A stretch of DNA of 63,762 nt, counting the filler, from Dicyema japonicum (lineage: Eukaryota; Animalia; Dicyemida), in the NCBI GenBank assembly GCA_011109175.1. It is 4 parts of 4 records of this genome, joined end to end, with 100 filler letters (N's around TTAATTAATTAA, not from the genome) between each part and the next. Parts side by side here need not be neighbours in the genome. Positions count along the whole stretch, not along the records: positions 1 to 29,426 come from RDEW01000020.1; 3 more parts are not named here. One strand, 5' to 3'. This document shows positions 1-14,033 of the stretch, piece by piece. The first letter of the stretch is position 1, and each line of letters opens with the position of its first letter. Position numbers and translations under genes: made by a program. Under the pieces are notes generated by a model. That model did not search any database. It was not told where the DNA came from and saw only the letters and a program-made list of their open reading frames with translations.

Positions 1-436
1 ATCCAGTTGCAGAAATAATTAATATTTTATCGAATAATCGCGTGGAGGTAGTTTTAAATAGTTTAATTTGATAGATAAAAAATTCGAAAGGAGAAATATC
101 GACTGTATTAATGAGTAGACTAAAAAAAGTTACTTAAATTTAATTTTTTGTGGTTAATAAATCATTTATAAAATTAATTGAAGTTAATCTTGGTTCAAGG
201 TTAATGTAACAGGCTGCCCATAGGTAACGCTTGGCCCATGTGACATATTACAAGACGAAGGAACCTATTGCACTGCAAGGGAATTTTTTCAAAGCAAAGA
301 AACATACTACTAGATGGAGAATCATACTAGGGGCCGAATGGACATATTCTACAAAAACGATGTAACCTTTTGGGGGACGCAGTAGCCAAAGGGTCAAAGT
401 CTCCGGATATATTCCAAGTAGGATTTAGTGCCCACA

Positions 437-605
437 CCAATTGATCCCTACATTCGCATCCGGGTCTACACGGGACTTTTTTATCCAGGCCATTGATTCC
501 TACAGAACCTGGGACTACTGTGGAAGTACTACTGTAGTTGGGACCTACAGAATGTACCAACGCCAATTGTTCCCTACATTCGAATTGGGATCTACACGGG
601 ACTTT
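437..605. repeat. Imperfect direct repeat, two ~43-nt copies 126 nt apart
   Basis: CCAATTGATCCCTACATTCGCATCCGGGTCTACACGGGACTTT at 437 versus CCAATTGTTCCCTACATTCGAATTGGGATCTACACGGGACTTT at 563. Confidence 0.6.
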
Positions 606-879
606 GTTAACCACATCATTGGTCCCTACATGACGGTTTAAACCACCGTGGAATAACATACTGGGAAAAGGACCTACAAAGGGAGAACTAACTGAAGATG
701 GGCGACTTTGTACGTGCAACGTTCTGGAGATAAATTAGGATGCTTAACTAACTAGACAAGTAATTGGATGGATATCAAGGATAAGGGGTACCCGGATGAA
801 CAGTCCAGGCCAACCGGCTGACTGGTAGTTACCTATTCCATAACATTGTTTTAATTCATTTTCATCCGCAAAAAATGCT

Positions 880-1345
880 GCCTTAGTAGATATTAAAGCA
901 TCATTCACAAAACCACCTAAAAAGTGATTTTTTCGAAAAGTACCTTTAGACTCTATTGCCTACATTCATTCAAGCTTTGGAAACTTTGGTTTATGTGCAG
1001 GTTAAAAGTCGGTTGATAATTTTTTGAATCTTTCAAAATAGTGTCCTTCTTCAGGAAAAAGATTATTTACTGTTTTTCTAGATTTTGTCTTTCGGAACAT
1101 GCCCGAAAATCTGTCAGCTAATCGCTGGCACGAAATATCATCATTTTCTTCTTTATAATTAACAATTTGAGTTTTTTCATTAAAAGTAAGCCGAGTATAG
1201 AGTCCACGAAAGGAATTGGAAGACATGTGTTAATTAAATTTTTATTTTTTTAAATTGTAAAAATTGTGGCCAATTAATAAGGAGAATAGGATTTTTCTAA
1301 TAAAATTTTTCAAAATGTGGCCAATTTGCGAGGGGCGAGTGTATT
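880..1345 (-). mobile_element. Degenerate pogo/Tigger-like DNA transposon 5' part (HTH region)
   Basis: ORF 1226-1002 (RLTFNEKTQIVNYKEENDDISCQRLADRFSGMFRKTKSRKTVNN) resembles the psq/CENP-B HTH N-terminus of pogo transposases; a TIR-like sequence TACACTCGCCCCTCGCAAATTGGCCAC lies on the minus strand near 1345. Confidence 0.55.
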
Positions 1346-1999
1346 TTTAATAGTTGTACAGATATCCTTGCTATGATCAAAAGATGCACTCAATGTTGGA
1401 GCTTGTGTGATTAATAAGAGACACGTCTGAAAATGAAAATATCAAAGATCAAATATTTTCCAACGGGGAGTGTTATTTAGGAGATAAGTTGGTTAGAGAT
1501 AACTGGCGCTGATTGGTCGTGAAGAAGGTTAAAAACAACTTTATTTGGAAAGACTTATGAGATTGGAATCCAACCAGGAAAAAAAATTATTAAAATCTTT
1601 TCAGAGAACTACATATAAATGGATACGGCACGATTGCATGAAGCAATCGCAATCAGCATAAGAGAGGAATCATGTAATCAGGTTTGTTGGCAAACTTTAT
1701 TGACGTAAGTAGAATGATAGAGGGATTCGAGCCTTTGGGGACGCCACTAGGTAGGTGTCTGTAATACGTGTAGGTAGGCATGATACTGTAACGTCCATAT
1801 TGAGGAAACGGAAAAGGACTGTGACAATTGGGTTTACTCCCATAGTTGCTAGCAGAGGAAACGAATTGGATAGGTAATATTTTAATTAGAATTAACCTTT
1901 TAAGATAAAAAGGGAATAATTGTTAAAAGATTAATTATATCTAATAAGTTTTATAATGACGTATAAATCATGTTTTTTCAATTAATTTTTTTAAAAAGC

Positions 2000-4155
2000 T
2001 TTGAATAATGAAATAAAAAGGTGGAGATCAAAGCACAAAAATCGATATGGAGAGCACTTTCATCTTTAAATGGAAATAGATCCACTGAAGAAGTTCGGAA
2101 TATTATTCGAGACGTCTTAAGAGAGGATAAAATATCATCTGGGGAGGATCACAGCCAAAAGGATTTGAATAATCTCATAAAATATTACGTAAAAATATCC
2201 CACAAGCACAATAAGTAATCAAATGTACCCCTTTAAATGGAAGATATGGACAAGTCTAAGCCACTATATAAAGTCAAAACCGCGATTTCTGTCGAATGGA
2301 GTTAGCCAAGGATCCCCATTATTATCAGTGCTTTTCAATTTGTACATAAATATACTCCTCACAGTGGATGGATTAATAAAAACCCTAAAAGGTTGAAGAC
2401 TCCATGCTAATATGTCGCCTGTCAATGCTGAACTTGCAAACTCAGCATTAATAATGATTGCGGGAGACCTAAACGCAATGTTGGGAACTCGGGTTACGCA
2501 AAAGTGGTAGTGAAAGGCATAACAGAAACCTGCAGGAGACCCTACTGGCGAACCTCTGTCGTGTAAACAACCTATTCCTCTGCAACATTGCGTTCACGCA
2601 TCTTGACAGACACAAAACAACGTGGTCAGGGTACATGGGAAAGCAGGACGGACAAATCATGAACATCTATAATCAGATTCATTACATAATCTGCAGGTAA
2701 AAAAACCGTGGATTTATGGAGGATCGATCATCGACAGTGACAAAACTCTCATTGAAGAAATACGGGTAATTGCTGAGAATGATTACTCAAAAAATTACAA
2801 TCTGCTGCGCCACCTGGCTAATATTAGAACAAAAATAAGAAAAGCCATACGTTTGAGAACAAAGAACAAAATAATCGATCAAGATGATTAAAAACCTCAA
2901 AAATAATTGAAAGCTCTAGGAGACCTTAGACAAATATAAGACTGAGTCCTGAAATAACCAGTAACTTTGCGGGATGACCAAGGGAGACAGATCATGGATC
3001 AACTGGAAATGGCAGAGTTTATTGCTGTTGTTCAAATTAAATGATTATTGGACTCCTCCAGAACTGGGTGAACTTGAAGAAGAAATAACCCCTCAAGAAG
3101 TACAAGTAGCAAGCTCAAAATTGAATAATGACAAGAGCCAAGGTTATCACAATGGCGAATTCTTCAAATATGGAACTAAAAATTGTATGAAAGCACCGCT
3201 CGTATCTTAAACAGAATGTACAGAACCGACAATTTGTCACAATTTATGGACATCCTAACGGATACGAACCAAGGAAACCTCCTCAAGACGATTAGATACG
3301 ACGGGAGGAAAAGTGACTCTTCAAAATTCGAGACAACGCGAAGAGATCCATTATTCCTTATTCTGTTTGTTATCTACTTTGAGACAGCCCCTCTGGATCT
3401 GGAGCCTCTCCTTGAAGGGAAACAAGAACAATAGCATACGCAGATGATGTGTACTTTGTTTAAATGATAAAGAGCACTTACTGCTTTATTGGAGCAAACT
3501 CCGGGGAAGTTGGTTAAATGGTTCCTAAAAGTAAAATCAGACAAAATTGAAGTCACGTAACTCGAAAGAGAGAAAGCGAAAAGATGATTGGCGTAAACCA
3601 AAAAGTTTGGCTCTTTTTTCGGAGACAGCAAAGACAAAAAATAAAAACAGTGGCAAATGCCGCACTATACACAATCAAGAAAATTTGGTTTTCCCGTAAA
3701 GGGCTCGATGTGGATACAAGAGTCCATTTGTACAACGCATAAATAAAATCTACAATCTTGTATAACGCGGGCACTTTGGATTACACAAAATAGAAACTTG
3801 AAAAGCTGAATTCCTTCCACAAAGACCAGCTTTGGCATACTCTTTTTTCGTGGAACGACTCAAGACTGCCATCGAGGAGCAAATCGATTTCGTGCGAGAT
3901 CCTGGGGAAAATATGGAGGTTGTATGAACATATAATTCGTCTGGACTAAGGGACCTCATCAAACATGGCTATGAAGGACTACCTTGTTCTAGAATCTCCG
4001 TGTTTCCTTGGTCGAACAAGAGCGGTCATACCGATAGTCCTTGATGAAGACCTTAAGGAAATCGGAGGACGCCTCAAGGACTTGAAGACCTCAACAGGTT
4101 GGAGTACATGGCAAAAAGTCGTCAGAGATGAAAGAAGTTTGTTTTTTCGTGTTTA
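2000..4155 (+). mobile_element. Decayed RTE-type LINE (APE + RT), many stops and frameshifts
   Basis: Fragments IMIAGDLNAMLG (APE), EITPQEVQVASSKLNNDKSQG, PLFLILFVIYFETA, IAYADDV, LYNA.IKSTILYNAGT and FLGRTRAVIPIVLDEDL; colinear with the better-preserved copy at 32617-33685. Confidence 0.75.
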
Positions 4156-4499
4156 AAATGTTTTCAGGTCACATGAGATAATGCGTATAATAATAAAAAT
4201 TTTGTTATGCCGCAGAGTCACTTTTATTTCTGATACTTATCAGTTTAAACAAAAAATACCACCAACAGTATTTAATTTTTCGTCCATCACCTTCCAATAC
4301 AGTGGCCATATGTGGAGGATGATCATTTCAAGTCGCTTTCAAAACGATTGTTGCTGTTAAGGATTTCAAAACTACAGATTTCCCGATTTCTTCGAAATTG
4401 AATTTACTGATTGTTCAAACCGAGGATTATAAGATAATCAAAGCTGAAACAATCTCATAACCTGAATATTTATTCCGATCTCTCATAATTTGCAAAAGC

Positions 4500-6950
4500 T
4501 TACAAAATCAAAGGGGAGGCAGAGAATGAGTCGATCCACACTTCCAATATTAGAGATCTGTTTGAAAACAGAAAGATCATTATTCTGCCTTGCCTCTTCT
4601 CGTCTCCATGGTGCAAGTAAGTGGATTTAACAACTGCATAAAACCCGTAGTGTTAGGACTCCGTTTGATTATGTAGTTGAGGGCGACGTCATTAAGATAT
4701 AGGATGAATCTCTTGGCGGGAGATAGTTTTCCACAATGGCAAGCAAATGGGGAGGTTTTGATTAAGGTTCGTCTTTAATTTAAAACTTTCATGTTAGTTG
4801 AGGGCGACGTCATTAAGATATAGGATGAATCTTTTGGCGGGAGATAGTTTTCCACAATGGCAAGCAAATGGGGAGGTTTTGATTAAGGTTCGTCTTTAAT
4901 TTAAAACTTTAATGTCTCATGATTTTTGTAACTGTTCATCAAAACCATCCTTCTCGAATGGCACTACAAAAGGTATGCAGTTATTGCAACCTCGAAAATT
5001 GAATATAGAACCTTCCAAGGCCGTTTTGTTAGGAGGATGAGGCAGAAATCGTTAACACGTTTTCAAAAAGACCACCGATATTGGAATCGGCAAAATACCA
5101 CACATTGAAAGGAGAGTTAATATTGTGCACTAATTGAGACAAATACTCCCAAACGGTTTCCTCGCTGGATACCATTCTAAAAGTGAGTGCACCGATATTG
5201 GAATCGGCAAAATACCACATATTGAAAGGAGAGTTTATATTGCGCACTAATCGAGACAAATACCCCCAAACGGTTTCCTCGCTGGATACCATTCTAAAAG
5301 TGAGTGGGATCTTCGCCAAACTCGAAAGCACTTTCCACTCGTAATCAGCGTGCATGCTTTAAAAAGCAGTCGCGTCTAACAATTTTGAAAACATTGGAAA
5401 TATCCATAGGAAACTAAGACTATGGTGGCATCTACAGTTGGTTCACATTTGTTTACGCCGAATAACTTGGACGAGAGACGACTCCAGTGTCAGACTTTCT
5501 TAGACGCATTTGCTAGGAATGTTCAAAGATAAGCTGCAAAAGTAACTTCCGACGATAATAGGACGGGTATCCAAAATCATTTTTGAAGAGGAGGTCTCCT
5601 GCGAAAAGAAAAATATCTTTCTTTATAGATGAGCATATTAAGTTTGGTTGAGATCAATTAACAAAGGTTGACCTTATTGGGAGGAGGTCTCCTGCGAAAA
5701 GAAAAATATCTTTCTTTATAGATGAACATATTAAGTTTGGTTGAGATCAATTAACAAAGGTTGACCTTATTGGAGGTGACCAAAGAGCCCGAATTATCAG
5801 TGGCCACCTCCACTCAAAAATTACAGGGACACAAAAGGTGAAGATGATTTCCTGGAGGTAATTTCTCCTCGCCTTTTATCTGCAGTTTGTTTTTATTTCT
5901 TTTGACTAAGAAATTGGAGCAAACACTGACCGTTGCTGACTCAGCTTCACAAGCCTGTTTAGAAAATTGAAGCATCATCTCCCTGGAATTAAGGTATTTT
6001 TATATTTACATAATAAAACATCCATAAGACAGCTTTTTTGGAGTTTGTGGAGAAATATATAAAATCTGGTTTAACCAGAAAGAAGCCATATCTGAAAAAA
6101 TTAATCGAAGTTTTTTTGAATCGAAACTTCTAAGAATTGTTACTGCACTTATACGGAGAGTCATATTAGCCCTGTTCACATAATGTATCTAAAAGTATAA
6201 GGTACCAAACACAGTCAAAAGCTTTGGATATTGAGTTTGAATCATCTTCCTCAGCTCTATAAAGCAACCTCAGGTGTCTCAGTTTGTACAGAATCCTCGT
6301 GATTATCAGAAAGAAAATTGCTTTTCTCAATAACATCAGATAATCGATTGGCTTTCCCATAATTTTTGATATAAAACAGATAAGGCTAATTGACACCATA
6401 ATTTTTGATCTTGATTTTCTCCCTTTTAGCAATCATACGAACAATTGTCAGTTTCAATTTTGCAGGAGCTGACTAAAACTGGCGAATAGTAACAACATTA
6501 ACTTCTTAAATATTCAATAGGGACTCACACCTATATGCTTTTATTACGTGAAAATATTTTTTTACTAAAATGATTGGCACAGACTAGCGATTTTGACTAC
6601 ATTTTCCTTTATTTAAACAAAATTAAAGATGCAGGGTCTTTTACCCAACTCCTCACTTTTTGGAATTAAGGTATTGTATGGGGATTAGAAGTGTTCTATA
6701 ACCTCTCTTTGGGATTTGTTCTTTTTGAGAAAATTTTCCAAAAATTTGGATTCTTCCAACAATGTGTGGAATATTTTTTTCCATTCGAATAATCGATCGT
6801 CTTTGAAATTCCCAACATTTGCATGTTTTATCTGACAATAATCATCTAAACGCCAACAACGGTTTAACTTATTTTATAAAATTTTTTTCCTGAGCAAGTG
6901 GGGTTGGTCTACATTTATCAAAACATTTCCAGGAACTCTTCGTTCAAAAA
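4500..6950 (-). mobile_element. Highly decayed LINE RT fragments (CR1/L2-like)
   Basis: Minus-strand remnants TLIPKK, SISKAFDCVWYLILLDTL, DISNVFKIVRR, NGIQRGNRLG (GVPQGS-like) and WYFADSNI (LFADDTNI-like); boundaries approximate. Confidence 0.45.
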
Positions 6951-7838
6951 TTATTTGAGGTCAAAATTCTATGTTGTCAAAATTATCTACGATTTTGAAA
7001 GGCCTTCAAGTTTAATTACAATTAAAATGTTTACTATTTTGTTAATGTATCCAACAAATAGTTAAAGGTCCTGTATATAGGAGATGATCACTCTAAACGT
7101 CACGCTCCACTCAAGTATATAAAAATCAATATTTTTAAATTAACATAAGATATTTTTGGGAACACGAGGAATCAGTCCCGAGTTTGATGTAAAATTGGTA
7201 GCCTTAAAAAATAAATACTATTCGCTTTATAAAGAACGTTGCCGTGTCCTTATCAATGTGATAATTATTAAATTTTAAGCCGGAAGTGTAATAACAGAGA
7301 ACAATTATCAGTGACGTCAGCAAAGATAATAATAGATTTATACAATTTGGAGATACAATCAATTTAATTCTACTATCCAATCATTCAAATGCTTAATAAT
7401 TCAAATTTAACTGATGATTCAAATTTGATTTGAGATATACCTTCAGGGTTTCACCATTTCCCGTATTGACGACGGTGAAAGAAAACCTACCCGAGAGACA
7501 ATATTTGACCTTTATATGGTAAAACCCAGTACTACAAAACTATTTAATCTTCCCCCATCAGTCCGATTCCTACCCAAAATGGGTACCCCAACCTGTAAGT
7601 CCGGGTTATACTTTCAGTTCAGAGTCCTCTTGATTTTTTTGAGAAATACAAACCAAAATGAATAGTTAGCAGAAAAATAAATCAAACGATAAATAGCGAA
7701 TATTTATATATTTAATATATTATTAAAAAAATAATAAAATTTAAATAATAAAAATAAAAGTTAAGTCCCACTACAATAATTTGAGGTTCTTTTGATAGAA
7801 TAGTTTCTATTTTAAAACTATCAATAAACTATCAATAG

Positions 7839-9312
7839 ATGTTCTGGACGCTCTCTCAAGTAAACGAGCTCAGAGACGAGAACACCATGGATGGAGACCA
7901 CATCACCTCATTGGAATACAGTCAAGACGGGAAAATGCTCGCTGTGGGCAACAAGAGAGGCCACATAGTTGTCTTCCACGAAACCAAGGGGGAGCAGGTT
8001 CAGTACTCCCTCTACAGTGGATTCCAAAGTCATGATAACGAGTTCGACTGTCTTAAAAGTGTCGTCATTGAGGCCAAGATTAATTCAATCTCATGGCTTC
8101 CCCAACCCAACAACTCCCGTTTTCTGCTTTCCACAAACGGTTTTCGGCTTGCTTATTTTCAGATAAATGCGTCAAGTTGTGGAAGATGAGCGAAAAAAAT
8201 GTGAAATCAATCGACGTTGACGAAATCCGTGAGGAAGGTTCCCTCAAGGTCCCCAGAATAAAGGTTGGGGAGAGAGTGATCGAGAACACTCCTAAACGGA
8301 CTTTCAGTGGTGCTCACGTGTTCCAAATTAACTCTCTGAGTGTAAACAGTGATATGGAGACGTTTCTGTCGGGTGATGATTTGAGAATAAACATATGGAA
8401 CATCGAATCATCAACACGTGCCTTTAGTACCCTTTATAATAATTCAAGATGTGGTAGACAGGAAGCCATATTTCGCAGAAAACGTCTCAGAGGTGATTAC
8501 GTGTTCAATGTTTCATCCAATTTTGTCGTATGCCTTCATTTATGGGAGTACAAAGGGACTACTACGATTGTGTGACATGAGACAGAATGCCCTGTGCGAT
8601 CAGCACTCAAAAAGTAGTGGGGTGAGTGAGTTTAGTGTACATGGACAACTCCCAACAGTACAAAGGGACTACTACGATTGTGTGACATGAGACAGAATGC
8701 CCTGTGCGATCAGCACTCAAAAAGTAGTGGGGTGAGTGAGTTTAGTGTACATGGACAACTCCCAACATAGACCGACGTCAATATATGACGAGATCACAGC
8801 AAGTGTGTCAGATATTAAGTTCAGTCGTTGTGGAAAGTATGTTATGTGTCGAGACTACTTGTCTCTGAAGGTGTGGGACTTGGCTATGGAGAGTAGACCT
8901 TTGGAAGTTTTCAAAATAAGCGACTCAATTCGTAACAAATTACACTTTCTGTACCAGAATGACTCAATTTATGACAAGTTTCAGATGGCTGTTAGTCATA
9001 ATGACAGGTACTCGACTCTGCTATTTTAGATGCCTTCTTACTGGGAGTTACAATAACTTTTTCAGGATTTATGATCGGAGGAATCAGAAGGACTATGTTT
9101 TGCAGGCTAAAATGAGTGGGCTTAAGGGGAAGAACTCTATGAAACCTAAATCTGGTAGTATGAGCTTCCGGAAGAAGAAGGAAGACTCGATGACCTTTGA
9201 TGGACCCATAAATGTGGATTGTAAGATATTACACTGTGCCTGGAATCCCACAGAAGAGTCGTTTGCGGTGACTTCTGGCCCGACCCTCTTTTTTTATCAA
9301 AATGTTAAATGA
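7839..9312 (+). CDS. PPP2R2: PP2A regulatory subunit B55 (WD40), divergent; four 22-23 nt introns; 110-nt tandem duplication at 8548-8767
   Basis: Spliced product WTLSQV...FQSHDNEFDCLKSVVIEAKIN...LLSTNDKCVKLWK...SGDDLRINIW...CRDYLSLKVWD...LYQNDSIYDKF...TGSYNNFFRIYD...KILHCAWNP matches B55/Cdc55 motifs. Confidence 0.92.
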
Positions 9313-10741
9313 TTTTCATTTTTTCCAATATTTATATGTTTGACTTGGGATTACAAGTTTAATATATGGTCCCACTATATGGTAGTTTGTCTTGTTCTTT
9401 GGTGGTTCCATTTTGTGTCACGTGGTCATTTTTAAGTTTTTGTTAGTTACACAATTGTGACACGCGTATATTGCTTGTTGGTTTTAAAGTGTTTGTGTGT
9501 AGTAGCCACTGAATGATAGATAATTGCAGGGTCGACAGTTATTAATAGGGACTTACCGAGGATTTATAGTAGGATTATTTTATATTATGGTTTTGTGAAA
9601 ATGCCAATAAACTCGACATTCCGCATCAAATTTGTCTTCAATTTGTTTTAACAGTAAAGTGATCTGATTATATCACTTAAAATAGTTATCGACGATCTAA
9701 GTAACCAAGTCTATCATTTGAGTACTAGTTATTCCGGCTACTGCATATTATGTACAGGAAAGCAACAAGAACCACGAAGGACTCTCAAAATACTCTAGAG
9801 TCTATTCGAATGTCTAATCTCTGTTTGGTCCGGTGCTTTTGGAGAACCCCTGTGGCTGTTTAAGGGTTTCCCACTCTCTGTCCTTAATCATACATCAGGA
9901 CCGTATAGCTCTCCTCAATTAGTCTGTTAAAATTTTTATTATTAAAGTAATGCAAAACATATATTAATCAGTAAAGAGTACTATATTGATAATAACTGAT
10001 GACACTCCTTCCAACGTAACATCTGAGCTTTTATGGCAAAAAGAAGGTGGGATAGATTTCTTTCAATGTCGCCGAACTAAGCAACTTTGAGTCCACTGAG
10101 AATATAAGGTAAACTGGATCTGTATTAACTGAAGAACCCTAAAAGTATTTCATTGGCTATTTAATGATGTCCTGTCAGGAATCATTTATAGACATCAACA
10201 GAGATATCAAAACATGGCCAATCGAAGAGGATGGGAGAAAACTATGTTAACATAATGTTACTCCTACTTTATAGTAATGTCCTTGGGTTTATTAAATGAA
10301 AATCCCTAAGGTAATTGAAGCCTCTCAAATCATAATATTCATTATTGTAATGTAATTAATGTCTTTTATTAAATTCATCACTCTTTCTCTTTTTATACTT
10401 CAAAGTCCTCAAGTAATCATTTCCAATAAAATAAACAGTAAACGTAATATATAATATACATCGAATATTCCTACATTATAAAGCACACTACCTTCTGTTT
10501 TATTAAATTCATCACTCTTTCTCTTTTTATACTTCAAAGTCCTCAAGTAATCATTTCCAATAAAATAAACAGTAAACGTAATATATAATATACATCGAAT
10601 ATTCCTACATTATAAAGCACACTACCTTCGCAAGAGGGAAACCATTTGTTTTAAATTATTATTAAAAATTAATTTTATATTTGATAATATAAATAAATAC
10701 AAAGTAGTTTCTTCGATATTTTTCTATAACCAGAGATTATA

Positions 10742-10806
10742 TGCTGTCGCTCGTGTCATGATCAGCCGTGGGTTCGAATCCCACACTGTTACTTACTTGG
10801 TCTAAG
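10742..10806 (+). mobile_element. tRNA-derived SINE head (B box)
   Basis: TGCTGTCGCTCGTGTC...GTGGG-TTCGAAT-CCCAC (perfect T-arm/B box) followed by ACTGTTACTTACTTGGTCTAAGAT; homologous copy on the minus strand at 35190-35265; no complete cloverleaf. Confidence 0.6.
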
Positions 10807-11539
10807 ATTTTCGTTTTGCTCTTTGCTTTCTTCAGTAACTTGGAGGCGACATAGGATCCCTTTAATTCAGGAAACGCTCAGTTCCTTGGCTACATCTGAA
10901 AATAATCCTTTCGTCCCTACTCCATTGGAGGAAATCCCACAATAGCAGATATGGATGGAAGTTATAATTGAAAAGGATACGTCTCACTCGACCATAGTAA
11001 CTAGATAAAACAGATATCCGAAATTATTTAAAAATAACCGGAAACAGCCTCGTAAACTCAATTCGGATGCAAGAAACTAAATAAACTTGTTTGGAGGACA
11101 TCTTCAATTGACTTGATGATCTCATCCCCGAAAACCAGAGAAGAATTTGTTCCGTATGAAAGATTGACAATAGGAAAGAGCCCAGGTGCTCGCTTGCTGC
11201 AAAATTCAATGATGCGATCTCTGGTTTTGTTTTATCAAAGATTTTATGAAATGTTAGAAGCACGTGTTTGGATTACAATATGGTATTTTGTTGTGATATA
11301 ATTCTGTTTAATGTTTATTTAATAACTCCTGATATATCGGAAGGTGATTGAGTTTAAATTAAAGTCTAGGTAGACACATCATTTCCGAGTATCAANTTTG
11401 GATTACAATATGGTATTTTGTTGTGATATAATTCTGTTTAATGTTTATTTAATAACCCCTGATATATCGGAAGGTGATTGAGTGTAAATTAAAATCTAGG
11501 TAGACACATCATTTCCGAGTATCACGTCCATCCATATTC

Positions 11540-13700
11540 GCCATTGTGAAGACTTCTCATTGAAGTAGAGAAAAGGGGAATCCTATACGGCCAGGTACTG
11601 GATATTTCTTGACTCAGGTGAATTTACTTTATATTTATTTGAAAGGGGTTGTTAATAGAGATGAGTTAACATAAGTCCTACCATATGACTTGAACTCTTC
11701 ATCAGTATCCGTACTGAAGTTTTATATACAAGTCTCTAATGCGACTCTTCTTTAAAAAATTAGTCATTTGTCCTGTACCACCATTTTCATTGCCTCAGGA
11801 CGGTTTCTTCGTGCTAAGCTCTTTATTTATATTTATCTTTAGCAAATCGTGATAGCTCCTCTTATCTTTTTACTTTCTAGCAGCTACGTCTTCCATAAAA
11901 TCCCCTTTCCTTCCAATTAACACTCAAAGATAGTGTAAGTTACCCAATTCTTTTATGTTACTCAAAGCACAGTTTCTCAGTTAAGAAGTCAAACCCATTG
12001 AAACACGCCATTTACTGATTTCTTTGATGCAATTCTCAAGTCTCTTGTATGATAATTTTTTTGATTTGAATACATCCGAGATTAAGACGTCATCCGCATA
12101 AAGAACAACTACCATACTCTGTGTAGTGGAATATCATCCATGAAAATGTTGATTAGCAAACACCGAACCACGAGGGACTCTTCTCTTCATCTTCACCGGT
12201 TACGATATAAATCCGCCATATTTAATAAATGAATTCCACCCCTAAAGAAGTCCTTAATCCACCTTATTATATCCACAGTGTTTTTGTCTCATGACCTATG
12301 TGACACTCCATTTGGCAGGTATCGCTGTTTTGATATTTGGTTGTTTGTCGCCACCTGGCCCATGCGACAGTTGATTAAGTCAACCAATCATAACTTGACT
12401 TTGAAGCGAATCGGCGTCGTAAAGATCTTTGCGGTATCTTCTGGGATACTGAATAGAAAAGCTTTTTCTATATATACTGAGACCATTAAGGTTCTCTTGT
12501 GTGGATTGGGAGTATTATGAGTTATGTAGTACTTCATAAGGTCATTGAGATTTGGACATGACTCTCGATGTGCAATTAAGCGTGGAGAGCACTTCTTGAG
12601 TTTACTTATCGATTTCTATAATACAGTGGACGAAGTATTAGCTTGTTTTCAGCACGACTTTCCAACGTTCTTTGTTATGTTTTGTGACGTTCAGCTGATT
12701 TATTTTGTTTTGATATACTTTCACTTATTTCCACTGATTGTCTTTGTGCCTTCCTTAGATTATTTCTCGGTTGGATCAGAGCTCGTGTTTCAGAATCAAT
12801 AGGATGCGAGCGACGTTGAGGACAACCCATCGGAATGAATTTTTGCGAGCACGGAATATAATCTCATTGATTTATTACGGCGGCGTCGACTGAGTTGAAA
12901 TCCTCTATCCGGAAACCAAGAAGATTTTTTTTAATAAAATATGTGAATTTAGGCCACAATACCGTGAGAAGTTGACAATAATTTTTGGAGTATGCATCAA
13001 CTTTTATTTTTGTTGAATTCTCATGATGATTTGGTTATGGTAGGTGCGACTACAAGCTGCAAAAAATGTCGGATAAAGTGAGGGAGTCGCCCAGACGGGG
13101 TCCTTGTGTGTTTACTTGAATTGTTGAAACTTATCATGTGTCATAACTGTCGGATATGAGAGCTCCTCGTTGATTCATTTATGGTTAGTATACCAAAAAA
13201 AACTTTGCGTTTAGGTCATTTAGGTCAGAGTGTTTTCCATCCTGGTGAATCGTTTTAGTTTGAGACGGTAGTTGCAGGGACATGATGATGGAGGGGAATG
13301 TACATATTAACTGTGTCAATCGGAGAGAGGGTAGGTGGATTTTCAGAGTTAGTTTTCACAGTGTATTGTTCTGAGGAAAAGGGTCTGAAATACTATTTGA
13401 AATATTGCTAGTCGGGGTATGATTCCTGATCAGTGTAATAAGGCCTCCATCCCTTCCATGACCCTATCTCGTCTGAATACTGAGTATCCGGAAACGTTGA
13501 GTTTGTTCGTCGTAAAATTAGTTGTGGAAAAAAAGCTATATTCACTGAATCTCTGAAGAAAGAGTTGTAGATATGTATTTTCCCTATGATTAGGTGATAG
13601 GGAGTTTACGACTCTTTTCCAGCACATGCGACGTTTAATGTTGCAATATTTTAGTTGCAATTAGCCATACAAATTTTGCTTGAATATTGTAAAAAAGTGG
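11540..13700 (-). mobile_element. Decayed LINE with APE and RT remnants
   Basis: Minus strand: VSGYSVFRRDR (APE, ~13480), GVPRGSV (~12175), VVVLYADDVLI (~12095); numerous stops. Confidence 0.65.
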
Positions 13701-14033
13701 ATAAAAGTAATAAACCTAAGTGGTTGTAAATAATTAAGTCAGCTGTCTGTTAAAATTGATTAGTTTTGTGTAAAAACATTCCATATGCTGTATAGAGTCT
13801 CTTATAATAGTACTTGAACACTAGCTAGATATGGATAATACAAATCCATCATTCTATTCAGAAGAAATAACTCTCTACGAATATATACGTAATTATTTAA
13901 CAATTTCCATGCTGTCGCTCGGGCAACTCAACTGGTTGTTTCATGACAGTCCGCATTGTCATGAATGGTGTATGAGATTAGCATTGATTATATACTTAAC
14001 TATATATTCACTACATATCGAATTACCGTGCTT

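Noticed and set aside
1380-1680. Penelope-like GIY-YIG remnant (RLHEAIAI)
   Set aside because: A single short motif; insufficient support.
5029-5355. 108-aa ORF with a 39-aa internal repeat as a novel repeat protein
   Set aside because: The repeat is one of the 117-nt tandem duplications, and the sequence carries degenerate LINE RT motifs.
7278-7320. ETS (GCCGGAAGTG) and CRE (TGACGTCA) motifs ~520 nt upstream of B55
   Set aside because: Short motifs, far from the start for such a compact locus, with no corroboration.
10742-10790. tRNA gene
   Set aside because: Only the T-arm is intact; there is no acceptor or anticodon stem. It is better explained as a SINE head.
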